Shown: positions 41,261 through 51,076 of the stretch, one piece after another
How the letters are laid out: each line of letters begins with the position of its first letter
Numbering within the stretch: the stretch's first letter is position 1
From: Clostridiales bacterium
GTDB lineage: Bacteria; Bacillota; Clostridia; Oscillospirales; UBA644
Direction: 5' to 3'
DNA length: 64,000 nt
Assembly (NCBI GenBank): GCA_016281915.1
Contig: JAEEJO010000012.1
Location: 30,029-94,028 of the forward strand
The notes under the pieces: generated by a model
What the model was told of the DNA's origin: nothing
The model's database searches: none
What the model saw: the letters and a program-made list of their open reading frames with translations, nothing else
Position numbers and translations under genes: made by a program

Positions 41261-42658
41261 CTATTCATTCAGAAGTTCGTCCAGAGTCCACGTAACGTTC
41301 TTGCTGATTGCTTCATTGATCGCATCCCTCGATGCACCGAAGGCCTCAGAAACGCTTTTTCTGCCGGTGACTACTAAAGTGATGTCGTTCGTCCATGAAC
41401 TGTATCCCTTTTCGAGATATATGCTTCCGTAGTTGAAGTTTAAGTTGTCTATGATATAGTTATATTCAGCATTGTCTTCTTCAGTATAGAATATCTGTTT
41501 TCTGAGTTCTTCCTGCCAGCCTCCGGATCCCTCCAGAGGTTCAAACATGAAATCTATGACTACCCCTATATCCTCAATATCCTTTCCGCTGCTTTTCAGA
41601 ACCCAGTTAAGACGTCTGTGGTGATGCACATAGCCTGAAATACTGTTTTCATCGCCATTCGGACCGTGCGGGAATCTGATAAGCCCATATGCAAAACCCT
41701 GGGCGGGAAGATAGTTTTGCGAAGAGGACTTTTCGAAATAGTGTGTTGCCCAGTATGACTCCTGAGTCATCATCGCCGCGTTCCGTTCCTGGACGAACAG
41801 TGCGGGACCCCGGGTAATATAGACATTCTCATTGTAAAGATCAGTCTGGAAATCGATTGCCGCCATGCCTTCGAGATTGTCAAAGCCGAAGGAATAATTC
41901 CCATATGTGCCGTCGATCATTTTAAGTCCGTTTGAAAACATAAAACCGATCGAATCAGCCGCGTATGACGTTCCGCATATCAGGGGGAAGAAATCCGATC
42001 CGTAGCCGGCGTCCTTTGCGGCAGACTGTATAGAAACAAGATATTCTTTGAAATGCTCCCAGTCCCACATTCCGTTTTCTTTAAGGTCATGGGGACTGCT
42101 GATTCCGAACGACGTGAGCATATCTGTATTGAACATCATAAGTCCGTGATACTCAGGCGGGAATTCCCATGAATAATGATAAAAGCCGTAATGCAGACCG
42201 TCAAATATACCATACTGCAGAAATCGCGGTGTTCCGTATTTGTTGGTGGAAAGATCGACGTGCGGGATATCTTCAATGGCATACAGAAGATTCATCTCGT
42301 AAAGCTGTCTTCCTCCGGCATCCGCATGGCTGTCAAGGAAATCGATAGTTTCAATGCCTGCGATATATTCAGTGAATATTCTGCTGCCGGCGTCTTCCCA
42401 GTCCACGGCTTCAAACGTACAGCCGTATTTTTCTTCAAGATCGTGTATTCGTTTATGCTCTCTGTCACCGGATTGGCTGAAAAAGGTAGAAGGCATGATC
42501 TCTTCTCTCCAGTTACTGCCCCACCTGTAGTGCTGTCCCGAAAGATCAATCTCGAATTCAACGGTGAAGTCCTCATCAAAAACCTCTTTGTTTTGTGTGC
42601 TGCAGGAAACGGTCGCGACAAGGAGTAAAATTAACAACATGACAAGTTTGTTTTTCAT
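41261..42658 (-). CDS. Solute-binding-protein-like lipoprotein, diverged paralog C
   Basis: 465 aa with lipobox ATVSC|S. It retains IDLSG, RIHDLEEKYGC and SPHDLKENGMWDWEHF, and has the same length and layout as A and B. Confidence 0.6.
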   Translation of the reverse strand: MKNKLVMLLILLLVATVSCSTQNKEVFDEDFTVEFEIDLSGQHYRWGSNWREEIMPSTFFSQSGDREHKRIHDLEEKYGCTFEAVDWEDAGSRIFTEYIAGIETIDFLDSHADAGGRQLYEMNLLYAIEDIPHVDLSTNKYGTPRFLQYGIFDGLHYGFYHYSWEFPPEYHGLMMFNTDMLTSFGISSPHDLKENGMWDWEHFKEYLVSIQSAAKDAGYGSDFFPLICGTSYAADSIGFMFSNGLKMIDGTYGNYSFGFDNLEGMAAIDFQTDLYNENVYITRGPALFVQERNAAMMTQESYWATHYFEKSSSQNYLPAQGFAYGLIRFPHGPNGDENSISGYVHHHRRLNWVLKSSGKDIEDIGVVIDFMFEPLEGSGGWQEELRKQIFYTEEDNAEYNYIIDNLNFNYGSIYLEKGYSSWTNDITLVVTGRKSVSEAFGASRDAINEAISKNVTWTLDELLNE

Positions 42659-42755
42659 TTTTTTGCCCCCGTATTTTATTTTATGTGTGCCGCCAAAACC
42701 TGCTCAGGACCATTTGAATGTGCCCGGTACAAAGCAGAATGCTTTTATTAACGCA

Positions 42756-42784
42756 ATTATATCATAGTAAACCATGTCTGTCAA
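42756..42784 (-). promoter_or_regulatory. Promoter of paralog C (leader of about 90 nt)
   Basis: Minus strand reads TTGACA (42779-42784), 17-nt spacer, TATAAT (42756-42761). Confidence 0.65.
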
Positions 42785-42884
42785 GAGATTTTGTTTTTAC
42801 GCTTCGTACAGTTAACAGTCAGATTCTGTATCGGCGCGAATACTTAACGGATCATTACTGCACGGACTTATTATCAAAACCGAC

Positions 42885-42934
42885 AATCCCACCTTGACTT
42901 TGATACGACAGTATCGGTCAGGGTGGGATTTTTC
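42885..42934. terminator. Strong hairpin terminator downstream of the DUF937 gene
   Basis: A 14-bp stem, AATCCCACCTTGAC (42885-42898) with GTCAGGGTGGGATT (42917-42930). The plus strand has a T5 run; the minus strand has GTCGGTTTT. Confidence 0.65.
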
Positions 42935-42992
42935 TAAAGTATTCAGATATGATAGCTGTTTAGACGTCAGGTGATTTGAGCGGTTTGGGATA

Positions 42993-43577
42993 CTACTTCA
43001 TGGAATTCATCAAAAGGCCGAGAAGCTCGCTGCCGTCGTCACCGTCGTCCTGTTTTCCGCCTCCGAAGAGTGAACCGAGAAGGCTTCCGGCTCCGGAAGA
43101 TGAACCGCCGAACAGACCGCCGAGAATCGAACCGAGTCCGCCGGACGATTGCTGTGTAGCCTGCTGAACGTTTGCCGTATTGGCAGCCGAAAGAGAACTC
43201 ATGAGAGCGGGAGCGATGGATGAAAGAACGGAGCTTACCTGATTCTCACTGATGCCTGACTGCTGCGCGAGCTGTGCGATATCTGCGCCCTGTTCAGAAC
43301 CGAGAATATGACCGATAATGGCGGCGCCGTCCTGCGTGTCGGCATTCGCGATCTGTTCAGCGATATTGGCTGTATCGGTATGCTGGGAAAGCGCTCCGAG
43401 AAGAGACGACGCGCCCTGCTGAGACTGTGCGTTGCTTGTAAGCTTCTTTATAAGAAGCGGGACCGCTGCGGAGATAAGTCCGCCGATAATATCCTTGGAT
43501 ATACCGGTTTTTTGAGAAGTGGCATTTACGGCGTTGTCGTCTGACAGTCCGCCCAGAAGTGTGGAAAGAAGGCTCAT
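42993..43577 (-). CDS. DUF937-like protein
   Basis: 194 aa, low-complexity and helical. LLGGLSDD.., ..PLLIKKLTSNA.., DGAAIIGHILG and SVLSSIAPALMSSL match my recollection of DUF937. Confidence 0.6.
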   Translation of the reverse strand: MSLLSTLLGGLSDDNAVNATSQKTGISKDIIGGLISAAVPLLIKKLTSNAQSQQGASSLLGALSQHTDTANIAEQIANADTQDGAAIIGHILGSEQGADIAQLAQQSGISENQVSSVLSSIAPALMSSLSAANTANVQQATQQSSGGLGSILGGLFGGSSSGAGSLLGSLFGGGKQDDGDDGSELLGLLMNSMK

Positions 43578-43736
43578 ATTGTTTACTCCTTTGTCATTTA
43601 AATACTTATATATTTATTTTCGGAATCTGATCGGAATATCCCGAAAAGATATCGTTGCTCGCGTCCGCGGATATGCTGCCGCAGGTATTCCTGTGTCAGA
43701 CGGACATCGAATATCATTGAGAGATCAATGCGCGTC

Positions 43737-44591
43737 TTATTCATTGGAGCCTGACTCGCTTTCGTTTGCCGTTTTTTCGTCCGGTTTTCGCTCCGGTCTC
43801 GATATGTTCAATAATTCTGTTTTTTTGAAATCATATTCTTCCTGAGTTATCAGTCCGTCATCAAGCATTTTCTTATACTCGCGAAGATCGTCGGTTGTCC
43901 GTCCTACGTCGCTCTTTTTTCCGCGCTTTTTCAGAAGTTTGATGATTACAATTATCAGAACAGCAGCCACGGCGACTATAGCTATGGCTATTGCAATTCT
44001 TATCAGCCACAACACAACAAAAGAATTAATATCATACTCGACGTGCAGTGAGGATTTTGATCCCATAGTCAAAAGGTTCCACGTCAGTGTTTTTCCGTCT
44101 TCCGAAACATATGAAGCATTATGGCTTATCGGCTTTACGGGAAGAATAAGAACGACTTCGGCGTATCCGCCCTGAGAGGAGATCATCGCACCGGCTGCAG
44201 CCAGTTGAGCAGCGCTGCTTTCTTCATCGTTTGTATTCCACGGAATATCGATTATATATTTTGATCCCTCTTTCGTCAGAGAGGCGGGGTTGTTGAAAAT
44301 TCCCTCTTTGAAATCGGGAACCTCATGTTTTGTCAGGACATATCCGTCGTAATCGCCATCTGAGTACGGAGTGCAGGTATAGCCCTGCTCTTGCAATGAT
44401 TTGATATTTTCTTCGTCTAAAATCGAATCTGTTCCCGCAAGCGACGCCATTGATTTTGAAATAGCATACTGTATTGAAATATCAACAGTTCCGGTACTGT
44501 TTACTTTTAAAGTCGCGCGCATTCGAACACAGCCAGTGAAAAGTAATAAAACAAAAGCCATGATCATTAAACATGATATAAATTTCTTCAT
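43737..44591 (-). CDS. LppM/DUF3153-like lipoprotein with a C-terminal TM helix and SHOCT domain
   Basis: Lipobox LFTGC|V followed by RMRATLKVNSTGTVDISI (LppM-like). TM helix WLIRIAIAIAIVAVAAVLIIVII. C-terminal LREYKKMLDDGLITQEEYDFKKTELL (SHOCT). Confidence 0.6.
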   Translation of the reverse strand: MKKFISCLMIMAFVLLLFTGCVRMRATLKVNSTGTVDISIQYAISKSMASLAGTDSILDEENIKSLQEQGYTCTPYSDGDYDGYVLTKHEVPDFKEGIFNNPASLTKEGSKYIIDIPWNTNDEESSAAQLAAAGAMISSQGGYAEVVLILPVKPISHNASYVSEDGKTLTWNLLTMGSKSSLHVEYDINSFVVLWLIRIAIAIAIVAVAAVLIIVIIKLLKKRGKKSDVGRTTDDLREYKKMLDDGLITQEEYDFKKTELLNISRPERKPDEKTANESESGSNE

Positions 44592-44629
44592 AATAGTCTC
44601 CGTTCAACCAAAATATTTCTGCATTACCA

Positions 44630-44809
44630 CTACTGTTTCCGTCTCATACGCGAAGTAATATAGGAGATACCCTCGTCGTACTTTGACTTTGAAATGGCAT
44701 GGCGGGCGAAAAACGCATCGAGAAGCTGTTTCTGCTTAATGAAAAGCCGTCTGTTCTTTTCCTCGTATGAAAGTGACTCCCATTCCCCTGTATCAAGATG
44801 CACGCTCAT
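44630..44809 (-). CDS. Hypothetical small protein (59 aa)
   Basis: The ATG at 44809 (MSVHLDTGEWESLSYEEKNRRLF...) sits 7 nt after AGAGGA. The longer track start lies only about 6 nt from the -10 box. Confidence 0.4.
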   Translation of the reverse strand: MSVHLDTGEWESLSYEEKNRRLFIKQKQLLDAFFARHAISKSKYDEGISYITSRMRRKQ

Positions 44810-44845
44810 GTTTTCATCCTCTGCCCTCAATAATATCATATTACT

Positions 44846-44875
44846 ATTATATCAAATTCCCGCCCGTTTTGTCAA
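44846..44875 (-). promoter_or_regulatory. Promoter of the small-protein/LppM-SHOCT unit
   Basis: Minus strand reads TTGACA (44870-44875), 18-nt spacer ending in TGa, TATAAT (44846-44851). Confidence 0.5.
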
Positions 44876-45044
44876 GTATTTGTCATAAAATGATTTTTCA
44901 CACAACGTTTTTTTCAAAAGAACAAGAAGGATAATGAGTCCGTGATAGATCATCGCGATCGGCGGTATTCAAAAGCGGGCTTTTCGGATCAGTCAACGGC
45001 TTGTGACGGGGAATGAAAAACACAGCGTAACGGAAAGAATGTTT

Positions 45045-46394
45045 TTAAAGATGCTTATATTTCCCCTGCAGATATCTTTTAAAGAAAACGGCGGAAAAAA
45101 CTATATTGCATAAAAGAAGCAATATCCACGATACGGTAAAGCATGCGTTAAGACAGTGGAAATTCGGGAATGCGGGGTATATGGTGTTCATCCAGATTAT
45201 TCTGAATATCAGTACGCAGAATATGGAACATATCGAACTTACAAGCGGATATCCGAATGACTGTATCGCATTGCTCAAAACGCCGTTTGCGGCGGCGATA
45301 AAGTATACGAGAGTTACGAAGAACATTCGGACCATTCCGAATTCAACGGCCTGAGCACTGTCCTGTCCGAGCAGCATTGAAAGCCAGAATTCGCCGGTCA
45401 GATACAAAACGCCGCCAAGCAGTACGCCCATTGATATTCCAAGCCATAAATTGTGAAAAAACGATTTTTTAACTCTGTCCGGATTGTTTGCCCCTATATT
45501 CTGGCTCATAAACACGCTTGTGGCGTTGGCAAACGATGAGGTGAATGCAGAGGCTATACCTTCAATATTCGTAGCAGCGCTGCTTCCCGCGACGGCTGCG
45601 GAACCGAAGCTGTTGATTGCGGACTGTATCTGAAGATTAGCCAGAGGATAGAGGGTATTGGTTATTGCAAGCGGGATACCGAAACGCATCATTGCGGCAA
45701 GAGAGGAAAAGCTGAAAGGCATATTTTTTAAATTAAGATCATAGATCCTGAATACTCTTTTTACCGTAAGCACGGCGCTGACTATCTGTGAAACGGCTGT
45801 TGCAACCGCAACGGCAACTACCTTTTGCGGCAGGATAATGCAAAGAATTATATTTAATACAAGATTGAGTGCGCCGCCGAAAATCATATAGTAAAGCGGT
45901 CTTTGAGTATCTCCGTTTGCTTTTATAACAGACGAGCCGAAATTGTAAAGCAGTATGGCAGGCGCAGAGGCAAGATATATCCGAAGGTAAATTACGGCAC
46001 CGTCATAGCAGTCTTCGGGACAGTTTGTCAGATAAAGAAAGACTGGCGTCAGAAACAGCCCGAGCACAGCGATCATAACGCCGAAGACCACGGAGCATAT
46101 AAGTGAAGTGCCGACGGAATCAAGGATCCTTTTCGTGTCACGGGCGCCTATATATCGGGCTAAAAGTATCTGAAGACCGGAGGCGATACCCATAAAGCCG
46201 TTTACGAGAAGGTAGAATATAGCCGTTGTCGCTCCGACAGATGCAACGGATGTTGAATCTGCCATATTGCCGAGTATTGCTACGTCAACTGCGTTAAACA
46301 ACGTCTGGACGAGCGTGCCTATTATCAGCGGAATACAGTAAAAAATAATGAGGCGCAGAATAGGACCTTTTGTTGCATCTATTTTTTTAGCCAA
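45045..46394 (-). CDS. MATE family efflux transporter
   Basis: 449 aa with 12 TM helices. The N-terminus GPILRLIIFYCIPLIIGTLVQTLFNAVD is typical of MATE. TTG start after AGAGGGA. Confidence 0.85.
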   Translation of the reverse strand: MAKKIDATKGPILRLIIFYCIPLIIGTLVQTLFNAVDVAILGNMADSTSVASVGATTAIFYLLVNGFMGIASGLQILLARYIGARDTKRILDSVGTSLICSVVFGVMIAVLGLFLTPVFLYLTNCPEDCYDGAVIYLRIYLASAPAILLYNFGSSVIKANGDTQRPLYYMIFGGALNLVLNIILCIILPQKVVAVAVATAVSQIVSAVLTVKRVFRIYDLNLKNMPFSFSSLAAMMRFGIPLAITNTLYPLANLQIQSAINSFGSAAVAGSSAATNIEGIASAFTSSFANATSVFMSQNIGANNPDRVKKSFFHNLWLGISMGVLLGGVLYLTGEFWLSMLLGQDSAQAVEFGMVRMFFVTLVYFIAAANGVLSNAIQSFGYPLVSSICSIFCVLIFRIIWMNTIYPAFPNFHCLNACFTVSWILLLLCNIVFSAVFFKRYLQGKYKHL

Positions 46395-46450
46395 TTACAA
46401 CCGTTCCCTCTTTCCGTCTATTTTATGATTTTTGCGCCGATGCTGAGAGT

Positions 46451-48361
46451 TTATCTGCCCTGTATATACGGGAGCCATACCCTCATCTGATTTTCGCCTC
46501 TGTTTGCCCACAGACAGTATGGGATTCCGTGTAGTTCAGTTGCTTCAAGCGACGGTTTTCTGTCTGAATAAAGCTCCGTCTGAGCCTCTCTTCTGAACCC
46601 CTTTGCGGTAATTTTGCATGTTCCGTAAAGAAGCGAGCCGTCATATTCTTCAAAAACAGGTTTTTCCGATATATCCAAAAACAGCGAAAGCACGTCTCCG
46701 CCGTTGTCGACCCCCTCAAAGCAGTAAACGAGGGGTCCCGCGCAGACCGCCGCTTTGCCTGACAGAGCGGGAACGTTCTGAGACGCATAAACAATCCGGG
46801 GCGTCATGTCAAGAGAAAGAGAAATAACGTCGCCGTCAGAAATATTGATATAAACATATCCCTTTCTGATTTCGGGAGATATTGCGGCTCCGTTTTTCGT
46901 GATTGAATACGACTTACTCCACGAAGGAATTCTCACCGCGATTTTTCCTTTGCCCTCAACACGGTAAATTATTTCGCCGGAATACGGATATTCCGTTTCG
47001 CAAACAAGTTTTATGCCGTTGTCAAACTCGGTATTCCCCGCCGCAAACATATTGCAGAATACCGTATTTTCGTTTTCGCCGTATGCATATTTTCCGAAAG
47101 ACGCTATCAGCCTTGCCGCATTGGGCGGGCAGCACGCGCATGCAAACCAGCTCGGTCTTGTTGTGAGTGCATGGCGATGAGTCGGGATTTTACCGGAAAT
47201 TCCGGGTATCGCTTCAAGAGGATTAACGTAAAAAAACCTCTTGCCGTCAGCCTGCATACCTGCAAGAACGGTATTGTAAAAGGCGGTTTCCATAATATCG
47301 CCGTATTCTCCGCTGACATCATTCTCTAGCATTCGCTCTGCAAAAAATATCAGAGCCACGGAAGCACACGTTTCTGCATACGTCGTATCGGACGGAAGAT
47401 CGTAATCGGCTGTAAACGCTTCGCCATGATACGTTGAACCGATCCCCCCGGTTATATACATTCTTTTTTCGGTCATGCTTTTCCAGAGACGGGTGCAGGC
47501 ATCGAAAAGCTCCCTGTCGTTTGTTTCATTGGCAACGTCCGCCATGCCGGTAAACAGATAAGCGGCTCTGACAGCGTGTCCTACGGCATCGGTCATCATG
47601 CGAACGGGCATTGCCGACTGCTGATAATTAAGGTCCGACGGATTCAGTCCCCATACCTGCCAGTTACGGGTTGCCCTTTCCTTTTCATAATAATGAGAAT
47701 CAACGCCTCTGCAATCAATGAAATGCTCAGCCAGTTCAAGGCAGTGTTTATTGCCGCTGCACCGGTAAAGTCTCATCAGCGCAAGCTCTATTTCAGGACA
47801 GCCGGGGTATCCCTCGGTTTTGTCGGTCACGAATCTTTTATAGATATGCTCGGCATTTTTGATCATAACGTCAAGAAGTTTGCGCTTGCCCGTCACCTCG
47901 AAATATGCGCAAGCCGCCTCCATCATATGTCCGGCGCAATACATTTCATGCCCTTCAAGAAGGTTTTGCCAGCGCCGTTCTCGTTCGCTTACAGTGAATC
48001 TTGTATCCAGATAGCCGTCCTCATCCTGAGCCGCCGCCACAATATCCACTATTTCATCGATCTTTTTCTCAAGGTCCGGATCATTGAAGACAGCAAGCGA
48101 ATACGATGCCGCTTCAATCCATTTTGCCACGTCGCTATCCTGAAATACCATACCGAAAAACGGTTCATGCTCCTCACCGCGCAATGCTTTAGCGGCATTG
48201 ATAAAGTTTTTTACCGCACCGCTTCTGGCGACGTTTTCTTCTTTATCCGTAAGCACTCTGTACTGATAAGGTATCATTACGTCATGCACGAGCTGCTGAT
48301 ATTTTTTTATAAAGCCTGAAGGTCTGAAAGCGTTGACAGATATCATATTCATATTTTTCAT
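46451..48361 (-). CDS. GH127 beta-L-arabinofuranosidase-like (DUF1680)
   Basis: HEMYCAGHMMEAA, and the Cys cluster WFACACCPPNAARL typical of the HypBA1 family. Start re-set to the ATG at 48361 (MKNMNMISV), after AGAGGATGG and downstream of its promoter. Confidence 0.85.
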   Translation of the reverse strand: MKNMNMISVNAFRPSGFIKKYQQLVHDVMIPYQYRVLTDKEENVARSGAVKNFINAAKALRGEEHEPFFGMVFQDSDVAKWIEAASYSLAVFNDPDLEKKIDEIVDIVAAAQDEDGYLDTRFTVSERERRWQNLLEGHEMYCAGHMMEAACAYFEVTGKRKLLDVMIKNAEHIYKRFVTDKTEGYPGCPEIELALMRLYRCSGNKHCLELAEHFIDCRGVDSHYYEKERATRNWQVWGLNPSDLNYQQSAMPVRMMTDAVGHAVRAAYLFTGMADVANETNDRELFDACTRLWKSMTEKRMYITGGIGSTYHGEAFTADYDLPSDTTYAETCASVALIFFAERMLENDVSGEYGDIMETAFYNTVLAGMQADGKRFFYVNPLEAIPGISGKIPTHRHALTTRPSWFACACCPPNAARLIASFGKYAYGENENTVFCNMFAAGNTEFDNGIKLVCETEYPYSGEIIYRVEGKGKIAVRIPSWSKSYSITKNGAAISPEIRKGYVYINISDGDVISLSLDMTPRIVYASQNVPALSGKAAVCAGPLVYCFEGVDNGGDVLSLFLDISEKPVFEEYDGSLLYGTCKITAKGFRREAQTELYSDRKPSLEATELHGIPYCLWANRGENQMRVWLPYIQGR

Positions 48362-48430
48362 ATTCCATCCTCTGTTACAATGCGCGATTATTGTCACAAT
48401 ATGGTCGCCTTCCTGACTTTTGCCGTAAAG

Positions 48431-48459
48431 AGTATAGCATACCGGAGTATTATTGTCAA
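48431..48459 (-). promoter_or_regulatory. Promoter of the GH127(-MATE) unit
   Basis: Minus strand reads TTGACA (48454-48459), 17-nt spacer, TATACT (48431-48436). Confidence 0.65.
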
Positions 48460-48664
48460 CAATTTTTTTATTCTGAGATACTTCATTGATGCGAAAAAAA
48501 ATATACGAAACAGATCGGATTGCTCATGCCTCGAACAGTATATATTCTTCCCCGATATATATGATTCCGACCTTTTTTCCGGGATCTTTCATTCAGTTTA
48601 TAATTTTCAATCCGCATTTTTTACGATCTCCTTTCAGGTTTTTCTGAAAGTATGCTTCGGGATG

Positions 48665-48693
48665 TTGAAAAATGCGTTTTTTTGTGTTATAAT
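48665..48693 (+). promoter_or_regulatory. Promoter of the DUF1538/P-II/P-II operon
   Basis: TTGAAA (48665-48670), 17-nt spacer ending in TGt, TATAAT (48688-48693), with a leader of about 90 nt. Confidence 0.6.
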
Positions 48694-48783
48694 CAAACGG
48701 GGCTGAATTTACCCCTCAAAAACGTTAAGTCGACCCAACCCGATTATGCATCAAACACGAAACTGATATTTTCGGAGACAAAT

Positions 48784-50328
48784 ATGAAAAAAGTGTTGTT
48801 ATCCAAGCTTTGGGAGGCATTCATATCGGTTATGCCGGTAGCAGTGATCGTTATCGTCATTTCGTTTACGCCTCTCGCGCCGCTGACGTGGCTTGAAAGA
48901 GCCGTTTTTGCGATCAGCGCTCTTCTTCTTGTGGCAGGTATAGGTCTTTTCAATCTCGGAGCGGATATTGCAATGTCGCCGATGGGCAAACATATCGGCG
49001 AAGCGCTCACAAAATCCCGCCGCATAGGAGTCCTTCTGATCGTATGCTTCTTTCTCGGGCTTCTTATTACGGTCGCAGAGCCGGACCTTTCGGTGCTTGC
49101 GGGACAGGTTTCCGCCGTAATTGACCCGACGCTGCTGATCGTTACCGTAGGCGCAGGCGTAGGGCTGTTCCTTGTAATAGCGATCGCAAGAATAGTTACA
49201 AAAACGGATCTGACGGCGCTGCTGCTGTTTTTTTACATGCTTTTGTTCGCTTTTTCATCACTGCTCATAACGCAGGGCGCGCAGTCTTTTCTGCCGCTTT
49301 CGTTTGACTCGGGCGGTGTTACGACAGGGCCGATAACCGTACCGTTTATTATGGCGCTCGGTCTCGGTATAGCTCAGACGCTGGGCGGACGCGACGCGGG
49401 AGAGAACAGCTTCGGTCTCATTGCGCTCTGCTCCGTAGGCCCCGTGCTTGCGGTGCTTATTCTGTCCATATCGTCGGGAGGCGGTGAGATCAACTGGCCG
49501 CTGCCGGATTACTCGATAGAGGCGGGATTCGGTCCTGCATTCTGGGAGCTTCTCGGAGAAACTGCTCTTGACGTTGCAAAATCGCTTTTGCTGATGGCGG
49601 CATTCTTTATGATCCTGCAGTTTATAGTCCTTCATCTGCCTGTGCGCAAGCTGTTGCAGCTCGGGGCGGGACTTGTTTTCGCTTTTGTCGGACTCGTTAT
49701 ATTCCTTGTTGCGGTTTCCGTCGGTTTTATGCCGATAGGATATAATCTCGGTCGCTCGATAACGGAATACAACGATAAAATAATGCTTGCTTTCGCATTT
49801 ATTATAGGCATGGTAGTAGTTCTTGCCGAGCCTGCCGTACACGTTCTCACCGCGCAGGTCGAGGAAGTAACGGGAGGCACGGTTACAAAGCGTCAGATGA
49901 CGGTCGCTCTTTCCGTCGGCGTAGGGATATCAATAGGTCTTTCAATACTGAGGCTGATCTGCGGTTTTTCGCTGCTTTACTATCTTATTCCCGGCTATCT
50001 TCTCAGTCTCGGTCTTTCGTTTTTCGTCCCGAAAATATACACCGCAATTGCGTTTGACTCGGGCGGAGTTGCAAGCGGACCGCTGACAAGCTCGTTTATA
50101 CTGCCAATGGCGATCGGGGCATGCGTTTCTTTGAGAGGAGAAGCGGCTGTGCTGGACTTTGCATTCGGCGTTGTTGCTCTTGTTGCCATGACTCCGCTTA
50201 TTACGATACAGAGTCTCGGGTTTAAGGCAATAGTCTCACGCAAGGCAAGAGCGGAGGCAAAAATGCGAAAGATACTCTCTACAGATGATGCTCAGATCAT
50301 CTACTTTGACTATGAGGAGGCAGACTGA
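48784..50328 (+). CDS. DUF1538-like membrane protein (internally duplicated, putative transporter)
   Basis: Start set to the ATG at 48784 (MKKVLLSKLWEAF), after GGAGA. It has two homologous halves, each carrying FDSGGV[TA][TS]GP[IL]T. The family name is from memory. Confidence 0.65.
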   Translation: MKKVLLSKLWEAFISVMPVAVIVIVISFTPLAPLTWLERAVFAISALLLVAGIGLFNLGADIAMSPMGKHIGEALTKSRRIGVLLIVCFFLGLLITVAEPDLSVLAGQVSAVIDPTLLIVTVGAGVGLFLVIAIARIVTKTDLTALLLFFYMLLFAFSSLLITQGAQSFLPLSFDSGGVTTGPITVPFIMALGLGIAQTLGGRDAGENSFGLIALCSVGPVLAVLILSISSGGGEINWPLPDYSIEAGFGPAFWELLGETALDVAKSLLLMAAFFMILQFIVLHLPVRKLLQLGAGLVFAFVGLVIFLVAVSVGFMPIGYNLGRSITEYNDKIMLAFAFIIGMVVVLAEPAVHVLTAQVEEVTGGTVTKRQMTVALSVGVGISIGLSILRLICGFSLLYYLIPGYLLSLGLSFFVPKIYTAIAFDSGGVASGPLTSSFILPMAIGACVSLRGEAAVLDFAFGVVALVAMTPLITIQSLGFKAIVSRKARAEAKMRKILSTDDAQIIYFDYEEAD

Positions 50329-50705
50329 TGGCAAAAAAAGCGAATATTGCGCCGAACAGGCTCGTACTTCTGATAACGGTGGTAAATAAGGGAAAAGGAA
50401 CGTTTTTTGCCGATTTTCTCAAAACTTTTGAAGTAAACCTTCAGATGAGCTTCGTTGCGGACGGCACGGCGCACAATGATCTGATCGAGCTTATCGGGCT
50501 TAAAGACAACAGACGCAGCGTTATTTTTTCGGTGGTTAAAGCGGACCGCATAGACGCCGTTTTAGCTGCTCTTGAAGATAAATTTCACAGCATCAATTCG
50601 GACACGGGCATTGCTTTCACCGTTCCAATGAGCAGTGTTATAGGCAAACTGAGCTACGGATTTCTCAGCAACGAACCGCGTCTTATCGGGGAGGAGACAG
50701 AGTGA
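50328..50705 (+). CDS. P-II-like signal protein 1
   Basis: 125 aa with a beta-alpha-beta-beta-alpha-beta-sized pattern, ending GIAFTVPMSSV. Its ATG overlaps the DUF1538 stop (TGATG). Confidence 0.6.
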   Translation: MAKKANIAPNRLVLLITVVNKGKGTFFADFLKTFEVNLQMSFVADGTAHNDLIELIGLKDNRRSVIFSVVKADRIDAVLAALEDKFHSINSDTGIAFTVPMSSVIGKLSYGFLSNEPRLIGEETE

Positions 50706-51037
50706 TGGATAAAAAATTTGAAGTGATTTTTTGCATAGTCAATGCAGGTTTTTCTGAAGTTGCCATGAATGCCGCAAAAAAAGCAGGCGCTCGCGGAGGC
50801 ACGGTTCTGCACGGCAGAGGCACGGGCAGCAGGGAAGCGGAAGAGCTTTTTAAAATAGCCATTCAACCGGAAAAAGAGCTTGTTATGATTCTCGTTCCCG
50901 CAGAAATACAGGATAAAGTAATGAACGCGCTTTACGATGAGGCGGGTCTTGCCAGCGCCGGTCACGGGATCGCATTTTCCCTGCCGGTAGAGCGCACTAT
51001 CGGGCTCAGCGACCCTCGCGGGGAAGAAGAAAAATAG
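50702..51037 (+). CDS. P-II-like signal protein 2
   Basis: 111 aa with IVNAGFSEVAMNAAKKAGARGGTVLHGRGTG and GIAFSLPVE. Its start overlaps the previous stop (GTGATG). Confidence 0.7.
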   Translation: MMDKKFEVIFCIVNAGFSEVAMNAAKKAGARGGTVLHGRGTGSREAEELFKIAIQPEKELVMILVPAEIQDKVMNALYDEAGLASAGHGIAFSLPVERTIGLSDPRGEEEK

Positions 51038-51076
51038 CGTGGACTTTGTCGGAATTCAGAGTTATTGCAATAGATT

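Noticed and set aside
48380-48706. 108-aa plus-strand ORF in the GH127/DUF1538 divergent intergenic region.
   Set aside because: It spans both divergent promoters, is Phe/Ile-rich and AT-driven, and has no RBS.
48652-48783. Upstream extension of the DUF1538-like ORF (track start at 48652).
   Set aside because: The extension contains the predicted promoter and leader. The ATG at 48784 has a GGAGA RBS and gives a typical MKK.. start directly before the first TM helix.
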